From assembly GCF_029227855.1 (NCBI RefSeq), contig NZ_CP074356.1: DNA of 64,000 bases. The stretch is one strand, 5' to 3'. Origin of the DNA: Escherichia coli (GTDB lineage: Bacteria > Pseudomonadota > Gammaproteobacteria > Enterobacterales > Enterobacteriaceae). The notes below the pieces were generated by a model, which was given only the letters and a program-made list of their open reading frames with translations, was not told the DNA's origin and made no database searches. Every line of letters begins with the position of its first letter. The stretch's first letter is position 1. This document shows positions 15,725-26,967 of the stretch, one piece after another. The position numbers and the translations under genes were made by a program.

Positions 15725-16897
15725 TTGCTGTTGAAACGCCGTCTTATTATTGCTGCTTCTTTGTTCGTTTTTAACTTATTGTCTGGTTTTGCGGCGGAAA
15801 ACATTCCTTTTTCACCTCAGCCTCCTGAGATTCATGCCGGCTCCTGGGTATTGATGGATTACACCACCGGTCAGATCCTCACCGCGGGTAATGAGCATCA
15901 ACAGCGCAATCCCGCCAGCCTGACAAAGCTGATGACGGGCTATGTCGTGGATCGTGCTATCGATAGTCATCGCATTACGCCAGACGATATTGTCACCGTG
16001 GGGCGTGATGCGTGGGCGAAAGATAATCCGGTGTTTGTCGGTTCTTCACTGATGTTTTTGAAAGAGGGCGATCGCGTATCGGTACGTGATTTAAGCCGTG
16101 GTTTAATTGTGGATTCCGGAAATGACGCTTGTGTTGCACTGGCTGACTATATTGCCGGTGGGCAACGGCAGTTTGTTGAAATGATGAACAACTATGCCGA
16201 GAAGCTGCATCTCAAGGATACGCATTTTGAAACAGTGCATGGTCTGGATGCACCAGGCCAGCATAGCTCGGCTTATGATTTAGCTGTGCTTTCTCGCGCT
16301 ATCATCCACGGCGAGCCCGAGTTTTATCATATGTACAGTGAGAAAAGTCTCACCTGGAACGGTATCACCCAGCAAAACCGTAACGGGTTATTGTGGGATA
16401 AAACCATGAATGTTGACGGCCTGAAAACGGGTCATACTTCTGGTGCCGGGTTTAATCTCATTGCTTCGGCTGTGGATGGGCAGCGTCGTCTCATTGCAGT
16501 GATAATGGGTGCTGACAGCGCAAAAGGTCGTGAGGAAGAGGCAAGAAAATTACTGCGTTGGGGGCAACAAAACTTTCCCACGGTGCAAATTTTGCACCGT
16601 GGGAAAAAGGTTGGTACGGAACGCATCTGGTATGGCGATAAAGAAAATATCGCCCTGGGAACGGAACAAGAGTTCTGGATGGTGCTACCGAAAGCCGAAA
16701 TTCCACATATCAAAGCCAAATATACCCTTGATGGTAAAGAGCTCACCGCGCCAATTAGCGCCCATCAGCGGGTAGGGGAAATTGAACTTTACGACCGTGA
16801 TAAACAGGTGGCGCACTGGCCGCTGGTTACCCTGGAATCTGTCGGGGAAGGCAGCATGTTTTCTCGCCTGAGTGATTATTTCCACCATAAGGCCTGA
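15725..16897 (+). CDS. dacD: D-alanyl-D-alanine carboxypeptidase DacD (PBP6b)
   Basis: ORF (TTG start) MLLKRRLIIAASLFVFNLLSGFAAENIPF... with the SxxK motif in NPASLTKLMT and an SGN motif. Confidence 0.9.
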   Translation: MLLKRRLIIAASLFVFNLLSGFAAENIPFSPQPPEIHAGSWVLMDYTTGQILTAGNEHQQRNPASLTKLMTGYVVDRAIDSHRITPDDIVTVGRDAWAKDNPVFVGSSLMFLKEGDRVSVRDLSRGLIVDSGNDACVALADYIAGGQRQFVEMMNNYAEKLHLKDTHFETVHGLDAPGQHSSAYDLAVLSRAIIHGEPEFYHMYSEKSLTWNGITQQNRNGLLWDKTMNVDGLKTGHTSGAGFNLIASAVDGQRRLIAVIMGADSAKGREEEARKLLRWGQQNFPTVQILHRGKKVGTERIWYGDKENIALGTEQEFWMVLPKAEIPHIKAKYTLDGKELTAPISAHQRVGEIELYDRDKQVAHWPLVTLESVGEGSMFSRLSDYFHHKA

Positions 16898-17015
16898 CCT
16901 TTCTTTTGCAGCAGACTGGCAGGAGTGCGAGTCTGCTCGCATAATCAACACTCATTCCTTGTGGTTTTAATATTGCAACTATACTGTATATAAAAACAGT
17001 AATAATGGAGGCGTC

Positions 17016-17489
17016 ATGAACTACGAGATTAAGCAGGAAGATAAACGTACCGTTGCAGGTTTCCATCTCGTTGGCCCGTGGGAACAGACGGTAAAGAAAG
17101 GTTTTGAGCAGTTGATGATGTGGGTAGATAGCAAAAATATTGTGCCGAAGGAGTGGGTTGCTGTCTATTACGACAATCCGGATGAAACACCCGCCGAAAA
17201 ATTACGCTGCGACACCGTCGTGACGGTACCGAATAACTTTACGCTCCCCGAAAACAGTGAGGGCGTCATTCTGACAGAAATTTCAGGTGGTCAATATGCG
17301 GTGGCGGTGGCTCGTGTAGTCGGTGATGATTTTGCTAAACCCTGGTATCAGTTCTTTAATAGCCTCTTGCAGGACAGTGCTTATGAAATGTTACCAAAGC
17401 CCTGCTTCGAGGTTTACTTGAACAATGGCGCGGAAGATGGGTACTGGGACATCGAAATGTATGTTGCGGTGCAGCCAAAACATCACTAA
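17016..17489 (+). CDS. sbmC: DNA gyrase inhibitor SbmC (GyrI)
   Basis: 157-aa [62 protein letters not shown]... Confidence 0.9.
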   Translation: MNYEIKQEDKRTVAGFHLVGPWEQTVKKGFEQLMMWVDSKNIVPKEWVAVYYDNPDETPAEKLRCDTVVTVPNNFTLPENSEGVILTEISGGQYAVAVARVVGDDFAKPWYQFFNSLLQDSAYEMLPKPCFEVYLNNGAEDGYWDIEMYVAVQPKHH

Positions 17490-17686
17490 TTCATCTCAGG
17501 GCGGTGTGTTGACGCGAAGACCACTCTTTTTTTGAAAGCGAAAAGAGTAAGATGCGCCTTTCAAATTTTTCGCTCCTGCCGGGAAATTACACCGTTCCCG
17601 GTATGTCCGTCGGATAACTCAGAGGCGCGCCTTCTGGCCGACAGATGTGTTATGAGCGCTTTTAATCTTCATTACGGAGTTTCTGC

Positions 17687-18745
17687 GTGCGTGCCGATAA
17701 GTCATTAAGCCCGTTTGAAATCCGGGTATACCGCCATTACCGCATTGTGCATGGTACTCGGGTCGCGCTGGCATTCCTGCTCACTTTTCTCATTATCCGC
17801 CTGTTTACTATCCCGGAAAGCACCTGGCCGCTGGTCACCATGGTGGTGATTATGGGGCCAATCTCGTTCTGGGGGAACGTTGTCCCTCGTGCCTTCGAAC
17901 GTATTGGCGGTACGGTGTTGGGGTCGATTTTAGGTCTTATCGCTCTACAACTGGAGTTAATCTCGTTACCGCTGATGTTAGTCTGGTGCGCGGCGGCCAT
18001 GTTCCTTTGCGGTTGGCTGGCGCTGGGTAAGAAACCGTATCAAGGTTTATTGATTGGGGTGACGCTGGCAATTGTTGTTGGTTCCCCGACAGGTGAAATT
18101 GATACGGCGTTATGGCGAAGCGGCGATGTGATCCTCGGCTCTTTACTGGCAATGTTGTTTACCGGTATCTGGCCACAACGGGCGTTCATCCACTGGCGCA
18201 TTCAACTGGCAAAAAGTCTGACCGAGTATAATCGGGTCTATCAATCTGCATTCTCACCGAACTTACTCGAACGCCCGCGTCTGGAAAGCCATCTACAAAA
18301 ACTCCTGACCGATGCCGTGAAAATGCGTGGGCTGATTGCGCCCGCCAGCAAAGAAACTCGTATTCCAAAATCGATATATGAAGGTATCCAGACCATTAAC
18401 CGCAATCTGGTTTGTATGCTGGAGTTGCAAATCAATGCATACTGGGCCACGCGCCCCAGCCATTTCGTGTTATTGAACGCGCAAAAACTTCGTGATACCC
18501 AGCACATGATGCAGCAAATACTGCTGAGCCTTGTTCATGCGCTGTACGAAGGTAATCCGCAGCCGGTTTTTTCCAATACGGAAAAATTGAACGATGCTGT
18601 GGAAGAGCTGCGTCTGTTGCTTAATAACCACCATGACCTGAAGGTTGTGGAAACACCAATCTATGGTTATGTGTGGCTGAACATGGAAACGGCGCATCAG
18701 CTTGAGTTGCTATCGAATCTGATTTGCCGGGCCTTGCGCAAATAA
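17687..18745 (+). CDS. yeeA: Inner membrane protein YeeA (FUSC-like)
   Basis: 352-aa ORF, GTG start, MRADKSLSPFEIRVYRHYRIVHGTRVALAFLLTFLII...; K-12 synteny. Confidence 0.85.
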   Translation: MRADKSLSPFEIRVYRHYRIVHGTRVALAFLLTFLIIRLFTIPESTWPLVTMVVIMGPISFWGNVVPRAFERIGGTVLGSILGLIALQLELISLPLMLVWCAAAMFLCGWLALGKKPYQGLLIGVTLAIVVGSPTGEIDTALWRSGDVILGSLLAMLFTGIWPQRAFIHWRIQLAKSLTEYNRVYQSAFSPNLLERPRLESHLQKLLTDAVKMRGLIAPASKETRIPKSIYEGIQTINRNLVCMLELQINAYWATRPSHFVLLNAQKLRDTQHMMQQILLSLVHALYEGNPQPVFSNTEKLNDAVEELRLLLNNHHDLKVVETPIYGYVWLNMETAHQLELLSNLICRALRK

Positions 18746-18916
18746 TTCCTGAACTTCAGAATCATCTTGCTGCTGCTTCGATTCAGCAAGGATAAAGGGT
18801 ATGATAGTGAAAAGGGATAAAAGCATTGTCATCTGCGGCAGCTATGAGTAATGTTGGCCCTATCGAATAGCGGTTGCTTAAACGAATCCGACTCTCACAT
18901 TATCAGGGGTATAAAA

Positions 18917-19246
18917 ATGGAAACTACCAAGCCTTCATTCCAGGACGTACTGGAATTTGTTCGTCTGTTCCGTCGTAAGAACAAACTGCAACGTGAAATT
19001 CAGGACGTTGAGAAAAAGATCCGTGACAATCAGAAGCGCGTCCTGCTGCTGGACAACCTGAGTGATTACATCAAGCCGGGGATGAGCGTTGAAGCAATCC
19101 AGGGCATCATCGCCAGCATGAAAGGTGACTATGAAGATCGTGTTGACGATTACATCATCAAAAATGCCGAGCTCTCCAAAGAACGCCGCGATATCTCCAA
19201 AAAGCTGAAAGCTATGGGCGAAATGAAAAACGGCGAAGCGAAGTAA
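18917..19246 (+). CDS. yeeX: UPF0265 protein YeeX
   Basis: [50 protein letters not shown]... (109 aa) from the internal Met. Confidence 0.85.
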   Translation: METTKPSFQDVLEFVRLFRRKNKLQREIQDVEKKIRDNQKRVLLLDNLSDYIKPGMSVEAIQGIIASMKGDYEDRVDDYIIKNAELSKERRDISKKLKAMGEMKNGEAK

Positions 19247-19260
19247 TTCCTGTTTTATTC

Positions 19261-19288
19261 AATGAGGGTTGCCCGGCAACCCTCATTG
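19261..19288 (+). terminator. Hairpin terminator between convergent yeeX and pduV
   Basis: aatgagggttgcccggcaaccctcattg perfect stem-loop followed by a T-rich tract. Confidence 0.6.
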
Positions 19289-19346
19289 CTCATTGTTTCT
19301 TTTCTGTGTATCACCGTCATCATTCCCATCTGATAACCTATTGAAA

Positions 19347-19790
19347 TTAGCGACAGCCTTCTTCTGTATGCAGCAAGGCAAAAAGTTCTGCAACTCCATT
19401 GTTATTAACCGCACTGGTTACTAACACATTGTGCGCTCCAGCTTCCCGTAACCAACTTTTCACCAAAGATATTTGTTCCATGCTGGCTAAATCTGCTTTG
19501 GTGACTACTCCAATGACCGGGCGATTCATTGACGAGGTAAAGCCTGGCGAAAAAGGGGACCACGGTGCGTCCGCATTAAGCACCAGGGCGATAATGTCCG
19601 CTTCGCAGGCGCTGACCAACAGAGCACTGTAGAGGCTGCGGTTTTCGAGGTATTCGCCTGGTGTATCAATGGTGGTCGGGGACCAGACGATTGCCTGCGT
19701 TTTCTGATAATGAATATTTTCGCCACGCAGACATTGCGTGAGTGACGTTTTTCCGCACTGGCTGGGGCCGATGAGCATCATACGTTGCAT
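19347..19790 (-). CDS. pduV: Propanediol utilisation GTPase-like protein PduV
   Basis: 147-aa ORF with P-loop [18 protein letters not shown]; EutP/PduV family; last gene of the pdu operon here. Confidence 0.85.
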   Translation of the reverse strand: MQRMMLIGPSQCGKTSLTQCLRGENIHYQKTQAIVWSPTTIDTPGEYLENRSLYSALLVSACEADIIALVLNADAPWSPFSPGFTSSMNRPVIGVVTKADLASMEQISLVKSWLREAGAHNVLVTSAVNNNGVAELFALLHTEEGCR

Positions 19791-19794
19791 AACG

Positions 19795-20145
19795 TCAGGT
19801 CCGCGTAATGGGGCAGGCGGTAAAGCGCATCATTTCACCCAGCGTACGGGTAACCTGGCTAAGTGCATATTCAATGGCAGAAACATCACCAGTCAGCACT
19901 ACGGCACCGGTAAAACGATCAAGAAAACCGATCTCTACAGCGCCTGATTTTGTGGCGATATCACATGCGATGATAGATGCTTCGCTGGGGGTAATTGTCA
20001 GAATGCCAATAGCAGAAACGGTGTCTGGTAAACCCAATTTCTTAAACAGATCCTTCCCTGGATTGGCGATGACATGTGCCAGCGTGACCTGCTTACCAGG
20101 GACATATTCCTGAATCATCCGTTCAGTTGTGTGCTGAGTTGTCAT
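19795..20145 (-). CDS. pduU: BMC shell protein PduU
   Basis: [39 protein letters not shown]... (116 aa); ATG 20143-20145 overlaps pduT stop. Confidence 0.85.
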   Translation of the reverse strand: MTTQHTTERMIQEYVPGKQVTLAHVIANPGKDLFKKLGLPDTVSAIGILTITPSEASIIACDIATKSGAVEIGFLDRFTGAVVLTGDVSAIEYALSQVTRTLGEMMRFTACPITRT

Positions 20146-20699
20146 TATCCCTCCACCATCTGACGCCACATGGCTTCATGTGGACGGGCAATCACCGACC
20201 GATAGACCAACAAACCTTTTTCTCCCGCACGCTCGCTGGCGACAGAGACCGCGTTATTAACATCTGAAATATCGCCAGCAACCACCATGTAGCATTTACC
20301 GCCAATGCCAAAAGCCATATGCACGCGAACAAGAATGACATTCGCAGCTTTGACAGCACAATCGGCAGCGTCAATGCAGGCGGCGACACTCCAGGTTTCG
20401 ACTACGCCGACAGCCCGGTGCTGTTCAACTTGGTTCAGTCCGCTGGTTGCAGAAAGGAGGCTGGGATGAATATTCGGCAGGACAAGACTGTCGACCAGCA
20501 TTTCACCAGCAAGGGAAGCACCGCTGTTGATGGCCTGTTGCACCGCGCCCACATCGCCACCGAGCATCAGCAGAAATTTTCCGGGGCATAGCGTTTTGCT
20601 GACCAGTAACTCAACGTTGGCGCTTTTCAGCATGGCGTCGCCGGTTTCCATCCCTTTCGCGATACTGCTAAGTTCTAAAATACCTACCGCTTTCGACAT
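20145..20699 (-). CDS. pduT: BMC shell protein PduT (tandem BMC domain)
   Basis: 184-aa [45 protein letters not shown]... Confidence 0.85.
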   Translation of the reverse strand: MSKAVGILELSSIAKGMETGDAMLKSANVELLVSKTLCPGKFLLMLGGDVGAVQQAINSGASLAGEMLVDSLVLPNIHPSLLSATSGLNQVEQHRAVGVVETWSVAACIDAADCAVKAANVILVRVHMAFGIGGKCYMVVAGDISDVNNAVSVASERAGEKGLLVYRSVIARPHEAMWRQMVEG

Positions 20700-20701
20700 C
20701 G

Positions 20702-22045
20702 TTAACCTCTCACAAGCGTAATCGCGTTTTCTGTCACATCGCTGACCATGCCATCAATACTGGCATGAATGGGGGCACCTAATGTGCCGTGTGGAATTTG
20801 ACCTACACATTGCCCATGAACGACGCGATCGCCTTTTTGTACACACGCAATTGCGCTGGCACCGATGTGCTGGCGTAACAATAACGTCACTTTTTCGGTC
20901 TGAGGCACCTGTTCAGACAATGGCGCATCCTGATACCACGGGGTTAAGCCAAGTCTGGTTACCAGCCGTTTTACGGGAATCAGTCGATAATTTGCCATGG
21001 GATCTGCAGGATTTAAGGTACCTTCGTAACGGAGATTTTGTGCGCGTAATTCTTGCTTAAGCAGGCGGTTTATGCGCATTGGTGAAATTCCTACCGGACA
21101 GGCGACGCTGGCGCAGACGTTGCACTCCGAACAGGTGAGCGCCGTCAGTAACAGTTGTGGCGTAGCGAGCTGTTGGTAGTTAACCGCACGTACTAATAAA
21201 TGGGGTGCCAGTTCGTGACCGATTAAATGACGTGGGCAGAGATCGGTACACAAGCGGCATTGCTCACAAACAGTTTTCGCGACGGCAAGTACGCTGCGGT
21301 CATTCTGCATTCGACGTTGGATCAGTGAATGAGAGTTGGGTAAAACCAGCAAGCCGCCAGTGGTTTTGCTGACTGGTGTGTCGAGCGATGTGATCAAACT
21401 TCCCATCATCGGCCCGCCATTGATAAAACCAGGAGCATCCACTGTTGCGCCGCCCGCCAGCGCCAGGACTTCACGTAAAGACATGCCGATGGGGACGGTT
21501 ACCGTTATTGGTTTCGCCACTGCACCATTAACGGTGAGTGTGCGGCGCGTCACTGGATACTGTTGCTCGACGGCTCTGGCAATATTAAGTACGGTTTGAA
21601 CATTATTGACCACCACACCGACGTTAACGGGTAATGCAGCGGGTGGAACACGGCGACCAGTTGCCATCCAGATGGTCAGCACTTCGTCTCCTGCGGGGTA
21701 AACGTCGGGCAAAATATGCAGGCGGATATCCGGTGGTAACAGTGGTGTGAGTGCGTTTATTGCCCGTTGATATTTCTCTTTCAGCGCGATGATTCCGCTA
21801 CTGGCCCCGGTGGCTTTCATCGCATAGTGAACACCGCGAAGCAGGCGGCTGGCTTGCTGCGCCATTAACTGTTGATCCACTTTCAACATTGGTTCGCATT
21901 CCGCCGCATTCACCAGGAACGTGTCAACACGCGCTTGTAGCTTAATATGGGTTGGGAAACCTGCGCCGCCAGCACCCACGACACCAGCTGCCTGTACTCG
22001 CTCGCGGATGGTCTGGTCGTCGCAGGAGGTTAACTCGACGTTCAT
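20702..22045 (-). CDS. pduS: Cobalamin reductase PduS (RnfC/NuoF-like Fe-S flavoprotein)
   Basis: 447-aa ORF with GAGGAGFP nucleotide-binding motif and two CxxCxxC-type Fe-S cysteine clusters. Confidence 0.9.
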   Translation of the reverse strand: MNVELTSCDDQTIRERVQAAGVVGAGGAGFPTHIKLQARVDTFLVNAAECEPMLKVDQQLMAQQASRLLRGVHYAMKATGASSGIIALKEKYQRAINALTPLLPPDIRLHILPDVYPAGDEVLTIWMATGRRVPPAALPVNVGVVVNNVQTVLNIARAVEQQYPVTRRTLTVNGAVAKPITVTVPIGMSLREVLALAGGATVDAPGFINGGPMMGSLITSLDTPVSKTTGGLLVLPNSHSLIQRRMQNDRSVLAVAKTVCEQCRLCTDLCPRHLIGHELAPHLLVRAVNYQQLATPQLLLTALTCSECNVCASVACPVGISPMRINRLLKQELRAQNLRYEGTLNPADPMANYRLIPVKRLVTRLGLTPWYQDAPLSEQVPQTEKVTLLLRQHIGASAIACVQKGDRVVHGQCVGQIPHGTLGAPIHASIDGMVSDVTENAITLVRG

Positions 22046-23154
22046 AACAACTCCTCGAGCAGTTCTGCAATAGCGGTGGCATCAGCCGTACGCGGGTTGG
22101 TACGCAACGTTGCATCCGCCAGTGCCGCCTGAACCATATCTGGTATGCGTATTGACCATTCTGCTTTTTTTTCTTTCAGCACATTGGTAAGAGTCGGTAG
22201 CTTACAGGTTGTTTTAAGCTGTTCAATATGTTGAATAAGTATATTCAGGCTGGCGGTGTCATTGGCGTTGTCCGGGCATAAATGGCACGTTTTCGCCAGC
22301 CGGGCGTAGCGTTTGGCAGCGCGCGGATCGCCAGCATTAAAGCGGATAACCGCCGTGAGCAGGAGCGCATTCGCCAGGCCGTGTGGCAGATGAAACTGTC
22401 CGCCGAGTTGATGAGCAATTGCATGGTTTAATCCCAGTCCAGCTTGGCTAAAGGCCATTCCTGCAAGTGTCGATGCATTATGCATTTTGCCACGGGTGGC
22501 GAGACAATCGCCTTTCTTCACTGCAGTGGGCAGGTATTGAAAAACAATTTGCACGGCTTTTTCGACCAGTGCATCCGTGAAGTCGCTGGCGCGGGGAGAA
22601 ACATAAGCTTCAAGCGCATGGGTTAAAACATCCATCCCGGTATTGGCCGTTATCGCCGGTGGCACGCTGACGATCAGAGATGGATCAAGGATCGCGATAT
22701 CCGGATAAAGTGCATTATCGAAAAGGGGATATTTAATCCCTTTCTCAGGATCGCTGATGACACAAGCACTGGTCACTTCGGAACCGGTACCGCTGGTGGT
22801 AGGAATGGCTACGCAGGTTTCAATTTCAATGCCACACTGGCGACCGAACCAGACAATCGCTTTTGCGGCGTCCAGGGCAGAACCGCCGCCAAAACCGATA
22901 ACCACATCCGGGCGTAAAGTCTGCATTTGCGCAATGCCTTTCACCACGGTCTGGATAGTTGGGTCGGGCGTTATTTCGCTAAAAATACTAAGACGATTAC
23001 TGTCGGGCAGCGCCTGATGCAACGTGTTAATGAGTGGTGAGCGTGCCAGAAAGACGTCGCAAATAATCCAGATGTGTTTATGAGAGAAACGGCTAAGTAC
23101 CTTGAGACTTCCCGGTCCGCTGTATAAACGCGTCTGCAGTGAAAAAGTATTCAT
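22042..23154 (-). CDS. pduQ: 1-Propanol dehydrogenase PduQ (iron-containing alcohol dehydrogenase)
   Basis: 370-aa ORF with GFGGGSALDAAKAI motif. Confidence 0.9.
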   Translation of the reverse strand: MNTFSLQTRLYSGPGSLKVLSRFSHKHIWIICDVFLARSPLINTLHQALPDSNRLSIFSEITPDPTIQTVVKGIAQMQTLRPDVVIGFGGGSALDAAKAIVWFGRQCGIEIETCVAIPTTSGTGSEVTSACVISDPEKGIKYPLFDNALYPDIAILDPSLIVSVPPAITANTGMDVLTHALEAYVSPRASDFTDALVEKAVQIVFQYLPTAVKKGDCLATRGKMHNASTLAGMAFSQAGLGLNHAIAHQLGGQFHLPHGLANALLLTAVIRFNAGDPRAAKRYARLAKTCHLCPDNANDTASLNILIQHIEQLKTTCKLPTLTNVLKEKKAEWSIRIPDMVQAALADATLRTNPRTADATAIAELLEELL

Positions 23155-23164
23155 TTCCGTTTCT

Positions 23165-24550
23165 CTAGCGAATTGAAAAGCCGCTGGTTAACACGCAGCG
23201 TCGTGAGCGGGCAAAAGTCCGTGCTGACGTTGTCCCTTCTCCGGTCGGTGTTGCAATGGTAAAGGTCGTAAAGCCTTCGCCGCCGACGCCAATACCCGCC
23301 CAGGAGGGGCCGTTTTTGACAAAGATTGAGGTTTGCATAACGCGTGCGGTAAGGTTGAGCCGTGAGACGTTCTGCGAGTGCATAATTGCCGTGTGGTGCA
23401 AGCCGTCTTCCACTTTCAGCGCCAGGGTGAGAGCGCTATCAAAATCGTTGACCTTCACAATGGGCAGCATTGGCATCAGTTGTTCACAAGTAACCCAACT
23501 ATCATTGGCGTCGACAACAGCAATCAGTAGGCGCGGCGCTTTTGCGGGCAAAGGGAGGCCTGCCGCTTCCAGCAAGGCTGATGGGCTTTTCCCAACCAGT
23601 TTTTTGTTGGCGCTACCGTCTGGCAGGCAAATTGCACGCAATTTCTCCGTTTGCTCATAGTTAAGAAGAAGCGCGCCAAAACTTTGCATCTGCTGAATTA
23701 AATAATCTGCCACTGATGCCACGACAATCAGGCTTTTTTCAGCAATACACGGCAGGTTGTAATCAAATGAAGCGCCGTTGATGATGTCCTCGGCGGCTTT
23801 CACAATATCCGCCGTTTCATCGACGATGCACGGAGGGTTACCCGCTCCGGCACCAATCACTTTCTTGCCACTTTTCATTCCCATGGCGACGATCCCCGGA
23901 CCGCCGGTAATCGCCAGAACGCTGATTTTAGGGTGCGCCATCATCTGTTCGGTTGCAGCAAAGGTCGGTTCAGATACGGTAACGATCAGGTTATGAATGC
24001 CACTACAACGAAACGCGATGTCTTCGATTGTGGTAATCAGTTTTAACGAAACGTATTTGGCTCCCGGGTGTGGACTGAAGTAGACGCTATTACCTGCTGC
24101 CAGCATGCTGATGCTGTTGTTAATGATGGTTTCCGTGGGGTTGGTGCTTGGCGTGACCGAGCCAATAACCCCAAACGGGGAGTATTCAAACAAAACCATG
24201 CCACCATCACCGGTTAGTGCAGTGGTGGTTAAATCTTCAATTCCTGGCGTGTTATCAAGTGCCGCTTTGTTTTTTAGGTACTTATCTTCTTTATTTCCCA
24301 TCCCCGTTTCTTTGGCGCTTTCTTCTGCCAGTTCGGTCAGGCGGGGTATTAATTCTTCGCGAATGGCGCTGATAATGGCGCTACGGGTTTTAAGCGGGCA
24401 CTGTTGAAAGCGTAAAAAGGCCTGGTGTGCTGCGCAGACCGCTTCATCAACAGTCTGGAAAATAGCGTTTCTTTGCATTCGTTGCGTAGCGGGGGCAAGC
24501 TGCTCACGCAGAATATTGCGGATCAGTGTTTCTAATTCAGAGTTATTCAT
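23165..24550 (-). CDS. pduP: CoA-acylating propionaldehyde dehydrogenase PduP
   Basis: 461-aa aldehyde dehydrogenase-family ORF in canonical pdu position between pduO and pduQ. Confidence 0.9.
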   Translation of the reverse strand: MNNSELETLIRNILREQLAPATQRMQRNAIFQTVDEAVCAAHQAFLRFQQCPLKTRSAIISAIREELIPRLTELAEESAKETGMGNKEDKYLKNKAALDNTPGIEDLTTTALTGDGGMVLFEYSPFGVIGSVTPSTNPTETIINNSISMLAAGNSVYFSPHPGAKYVSLKLITTIEDIAFRCSGIHNLIVTVSEPTFAATEQMMAHPKISVLAITGGPGIVAMGMKSGKKVIGAGAGNPPCIVDETADIVKAAEDIINGASFDYNLPCIAEKSLIVVASVADYLIQQMQSFGALLLNYEQTEKLRAICLPDGSANKKLVGKSPSALLEAAGLPLPAKAPRLLIAVVDANDSWVTCEQLMPMLPIVKVNDFDSALTLALKVEDGLHHTAIMHSQNVSRLNLTARVMQTSIFVKNGPSWAGIGVGGEGFTTFTIATPTGEGTTSARTFARSRRCVLTSGFSIR

Positions 24551-25554
24551 TGGTTTACTCCCACGTTAATTGCCGCCATTGCGCTTTGGGCAATATCCAT
24601 GTCTTGTTCAACGCTACCACCGCTGATGCCAAGCCCCCCGAGCAATATTCCGTCACGCCAGAGGGGGAAGCCGCCACCAAAGGTGACGACTTTGCCTTGC
24701 ATATGGCTTTCGAGCCCGTAAAGCGGCGCGCCGGGTTGCACGGTATCAGCAAGTTTGTGGGTTGCCGTTTTCATCGCCACGGCAGTCCAGGCTTTTTTCG
24801 GTGCCAGTTCACTGCTGACCAACAGGGCATCAGGCATCCGCCAGGTAACACTTTCTGTTCCGTTGGCATCAACAATGCTGATGACAACGGGAATATGCAG
24901 TTCATCCGCGCGCATTGCCGCACTACGAATGAGCTGGTGAAGATCCTGAAAAGTGAGCGGCATTGTGCGTTCCTTCAATGCTGGTGTGTGGTTGGCTTTG
25001 TGATAACGTTTTGTGATTTCCTGAATTATCAGGTTTTGATGAGCGACGTTGTCTTCCACGCGGGCGAGGGCATACAGGCAATCGGAAAGTCGGTTGATAT
25101 AGTGCAGCAAAACATTCCGGACGGTGATTTCCGTTGTCAGTTCAACCAGACGTCTTTCAGCACGTCGAGCCACCGTGCGGGCGAAATGCATACGGCTTGC
25201 AGCTTCACATCGCCCAGGCAGAATGAAGCTGTGAACTGGGGGGACGGCGTTCATTGCGCTATCGATCGCGTTTTCCAGCGCGGCAATTTCTTCCGTACCG
25301 ATGTAACGCAGCTGCGCTGACGGCTGTTCGCTTTCACTGGCAAGTTCGGCGCTAAACCAAAATATCTGTTGTTGAATGGCTTCCAGTAAGATGCGATGGC
25401 TTTCGATGGCGGTGGCGCAATAACACAGACTGAGTGTCGCGTTCAGTTCATCCAGCGTGCCATAGGTTTCGACACGTAGATGAGTTTTGCTGACGCGCTG
25501 TCCGGTAAATAAAGACGTACTTCCTGAATCACCTGTTCGGGTATAAATTGCCAT
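24547..25554 (-). CDS. pduO: ATP:cob(I)alamin adenosyltransferase PduO
   Basis: 335-aa ORF MAIYTRTGDSGSTSLFTGQRVSKTHLRVETYGTLDELN... (PduO-type N-terminal domain). Confidence 0.9.
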   Translation of the reverse strand: MAIYTRTGDSGSTSLFTGQRVSKTHLRVETYGTLDELNATLSLCYCATAIESHRILLEAIQQQIFWFSAELASESEQPSAQLRYIGTEEIAALENAIDSAMNAVPPVHSFILPGRCEAASRMHFARTVARRAERRLVELTTEITVRNVLLHYINRLSDCLYALARVEDNVAHQNLIIQEITKRYHKANHTPALKERTMPLTFQDLHQLIRSAAMRADELHIPVVISIVDANGTESVTWRMPDALLVSSELAPKKAWTAVAMKTATHKLADTVQPGAPLYGLESHMQGKVVTFGGGFPLWRDGILLGGLGISGGSVEQDMDIAQSAMAAINVGVNQ

Positions 25555-25565
25555 CTTTCAGCTCC

Positions 25566-25841
25566 TTAGCGCGAAAGCGTATCGACAATGCCGACCACTG
25601 CCAGGTCGATGGCCTCGTTAGGGCCGGAAAACACATGTCTGGCGCTGGAACCACTGCTGAGGAGTACCAACTCACCAACGCCTGCGCCGACTGAATCAAC
25701 GGCAACTTCGTCGCCGGTTAATGGCGTGAGAGGCAGTTCGCCGTCAGCACTGACCCGGCGAACCAGCAGCAGTTTTTTCCCGATCAGAGATGGTGATTTT
25801 TGCGTGGATACTACCGCGCCAGTGACTCGAGCCAGATGCAT
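25566..25841 (-). CDS. pduN: BMC vertex (pentamer) protein PduN
   Basis: 91-aa [33 protein letters not shown]...; EutN/CcmL family. Confidence 0.85.
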   Translation of the reverse strand: MHLARVTGAVVSTQKSPSLIGKKLLLVRRVSADGELPLTPLTGDEVAVDSVGAGVGELVLLSSGSSARHVFSGPNEAIDLAVVGIVDTLSR

Positions 25842-25844
25842 AGG

Positions 25845-26336
25845 TTACTCCTGCCTAATTAACTGAATATTTCGGGTAATTGCCGCTTCACGAGCCAGTG
25901 CGGTCACACAACATTTCCGCTGTAACACCAGTATTCCCGAGCTTAACTGTGCGATATCGGCATAACTTAAAAGTCGATCACGATGAAGGTAGATCGGTTG
26001 CCCTTGTTCGTCGCACCAGCTTAGCGGTAGACGGGCGAGAGTCTTCAATTCAATGGCGTTCAGGAAATGACGCTGCAACGACAATTGAATGTGCATTCCC
26101 CAGGCTAACGCTTCGTGTATCTGGATTGCTGCTCGATCTGACGTTTCGTTCTCCGCAAGTTGTCGCAGCAGCGGCAGATCGACATATCGGATTTGTAATG
26201 ACGCATACTGATGAACGCTCTCTTGAACGCTGGCGTCTCGCAGTTGAAAAACAGTCAGCACGAGTGCTTTTCTCGCACGTTGTTTAAGGCGAAAAACCAC
26301 CTCGTCAACAATACGTTGCATCAGCATGTTATTCAT
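25845..26336 (-). CDS. pduM: Microcompartment-associated protein PduM
   Basis: 163-aa ORF in canonical position between pduL and pduN. Confidence 0.8.
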   Translation of the reverse strand: MNNMLMQRIVDEVVFRLKQRARKALVLTVFQLRDASVQESVHQYASLQIRYVDLPLLRQLAENETSDRAAIQIHEALAWGMHIQLSLQRHFLNAIELKTLARLPLSWCDEQGQPIYLHRDRLLSYADIAQLSSGILVLQRKCCVTALAREAAITRNIQLIRQE

Positions 26337-26965
26337 GGCACTGACACCAGTGTGGCAAAAACGTCAGGGCTATCAGCGCCTGCGGCGTTGGCCTCATCGG
26401 TATCAATATGCATTTCAAGACGCATATCCGGAGAGACGCGAACAGCGACGTTTTCGAATATCAGTCGTCGCTCACCACCTTCAATGGCAACCGCCACTTT
26501 ATCGCCATGCGTAACGCCATAAATCAGGGCATCCAGCGGAGACATATGAATATGCCGTTGCGCGACAATGACGCCAGATGTGATCTCCAGTTCCGCAAAT
26601 GGGCTTATCAAACGAATCCCCGGAGTGCCGCTGAGATCGCCTGACATGCGTAGCGGGGCGGTGATCCCTAACGTTCTGGCGTCCGTCCGGGAAATTTCCA
26701 CCTGGCTTGCATTGCGTAGCGGCCCCAACAAGCGAACGTTGTGCAATTTGCCTTTTGGTCCCTCCAGCGTAACAACCTGTTCAGCAGCGAATTGGCCAGG
26801 TTGCATTAACGGCTTTTTCTCGCTAATCGGTTGTTCAGGAAAAAGACGCAAATAATCCGCTGTTGAAAGATGAATATGGCGACTGGAAACGCCCAGTGGG
26901 ATAGGGCGCTCGCGCATCTCATCCAGAATCTGGCTCACTGTTTCCTGCAGGGTTTGTTTATCCAC
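26333..26965 (-). CDS. pduL: Phosphate propanoyltransferase PduL
   Basis: 210-aa ORF MDKQTLQETVSQILDEMRERPIPLGVSSRHIHLSTADY... Confidence 0.85.
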   Translation of the reverse strand: MDKQTLQETVSQILDEMRERPIPLGVSSRHIHLSTADYLRLFPEQPISEKKPLMQPGQFAAEQVVTLEGPKGKLHNVRLLGPLRNASQVEISRTDARTLGITAPLRMSGDLSGTPGIRLISPFAELEITSGVIVAQRHIHMSPLDALIYGVTHGDKVAVAIEGGERRLIFENVAVRVSPDMRLEMHIDTDEANAAGADSPDVFATLVSVP

Positions 26966-26967
26966 TG

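Noticed and set aside
24526-25320. 264-aa plus-strand ORF overlapping pduO
   Set aside because: Antisense to pduO, which has a recognisable adenosyltransferase N-terminus; no RBS or conserved motifs.
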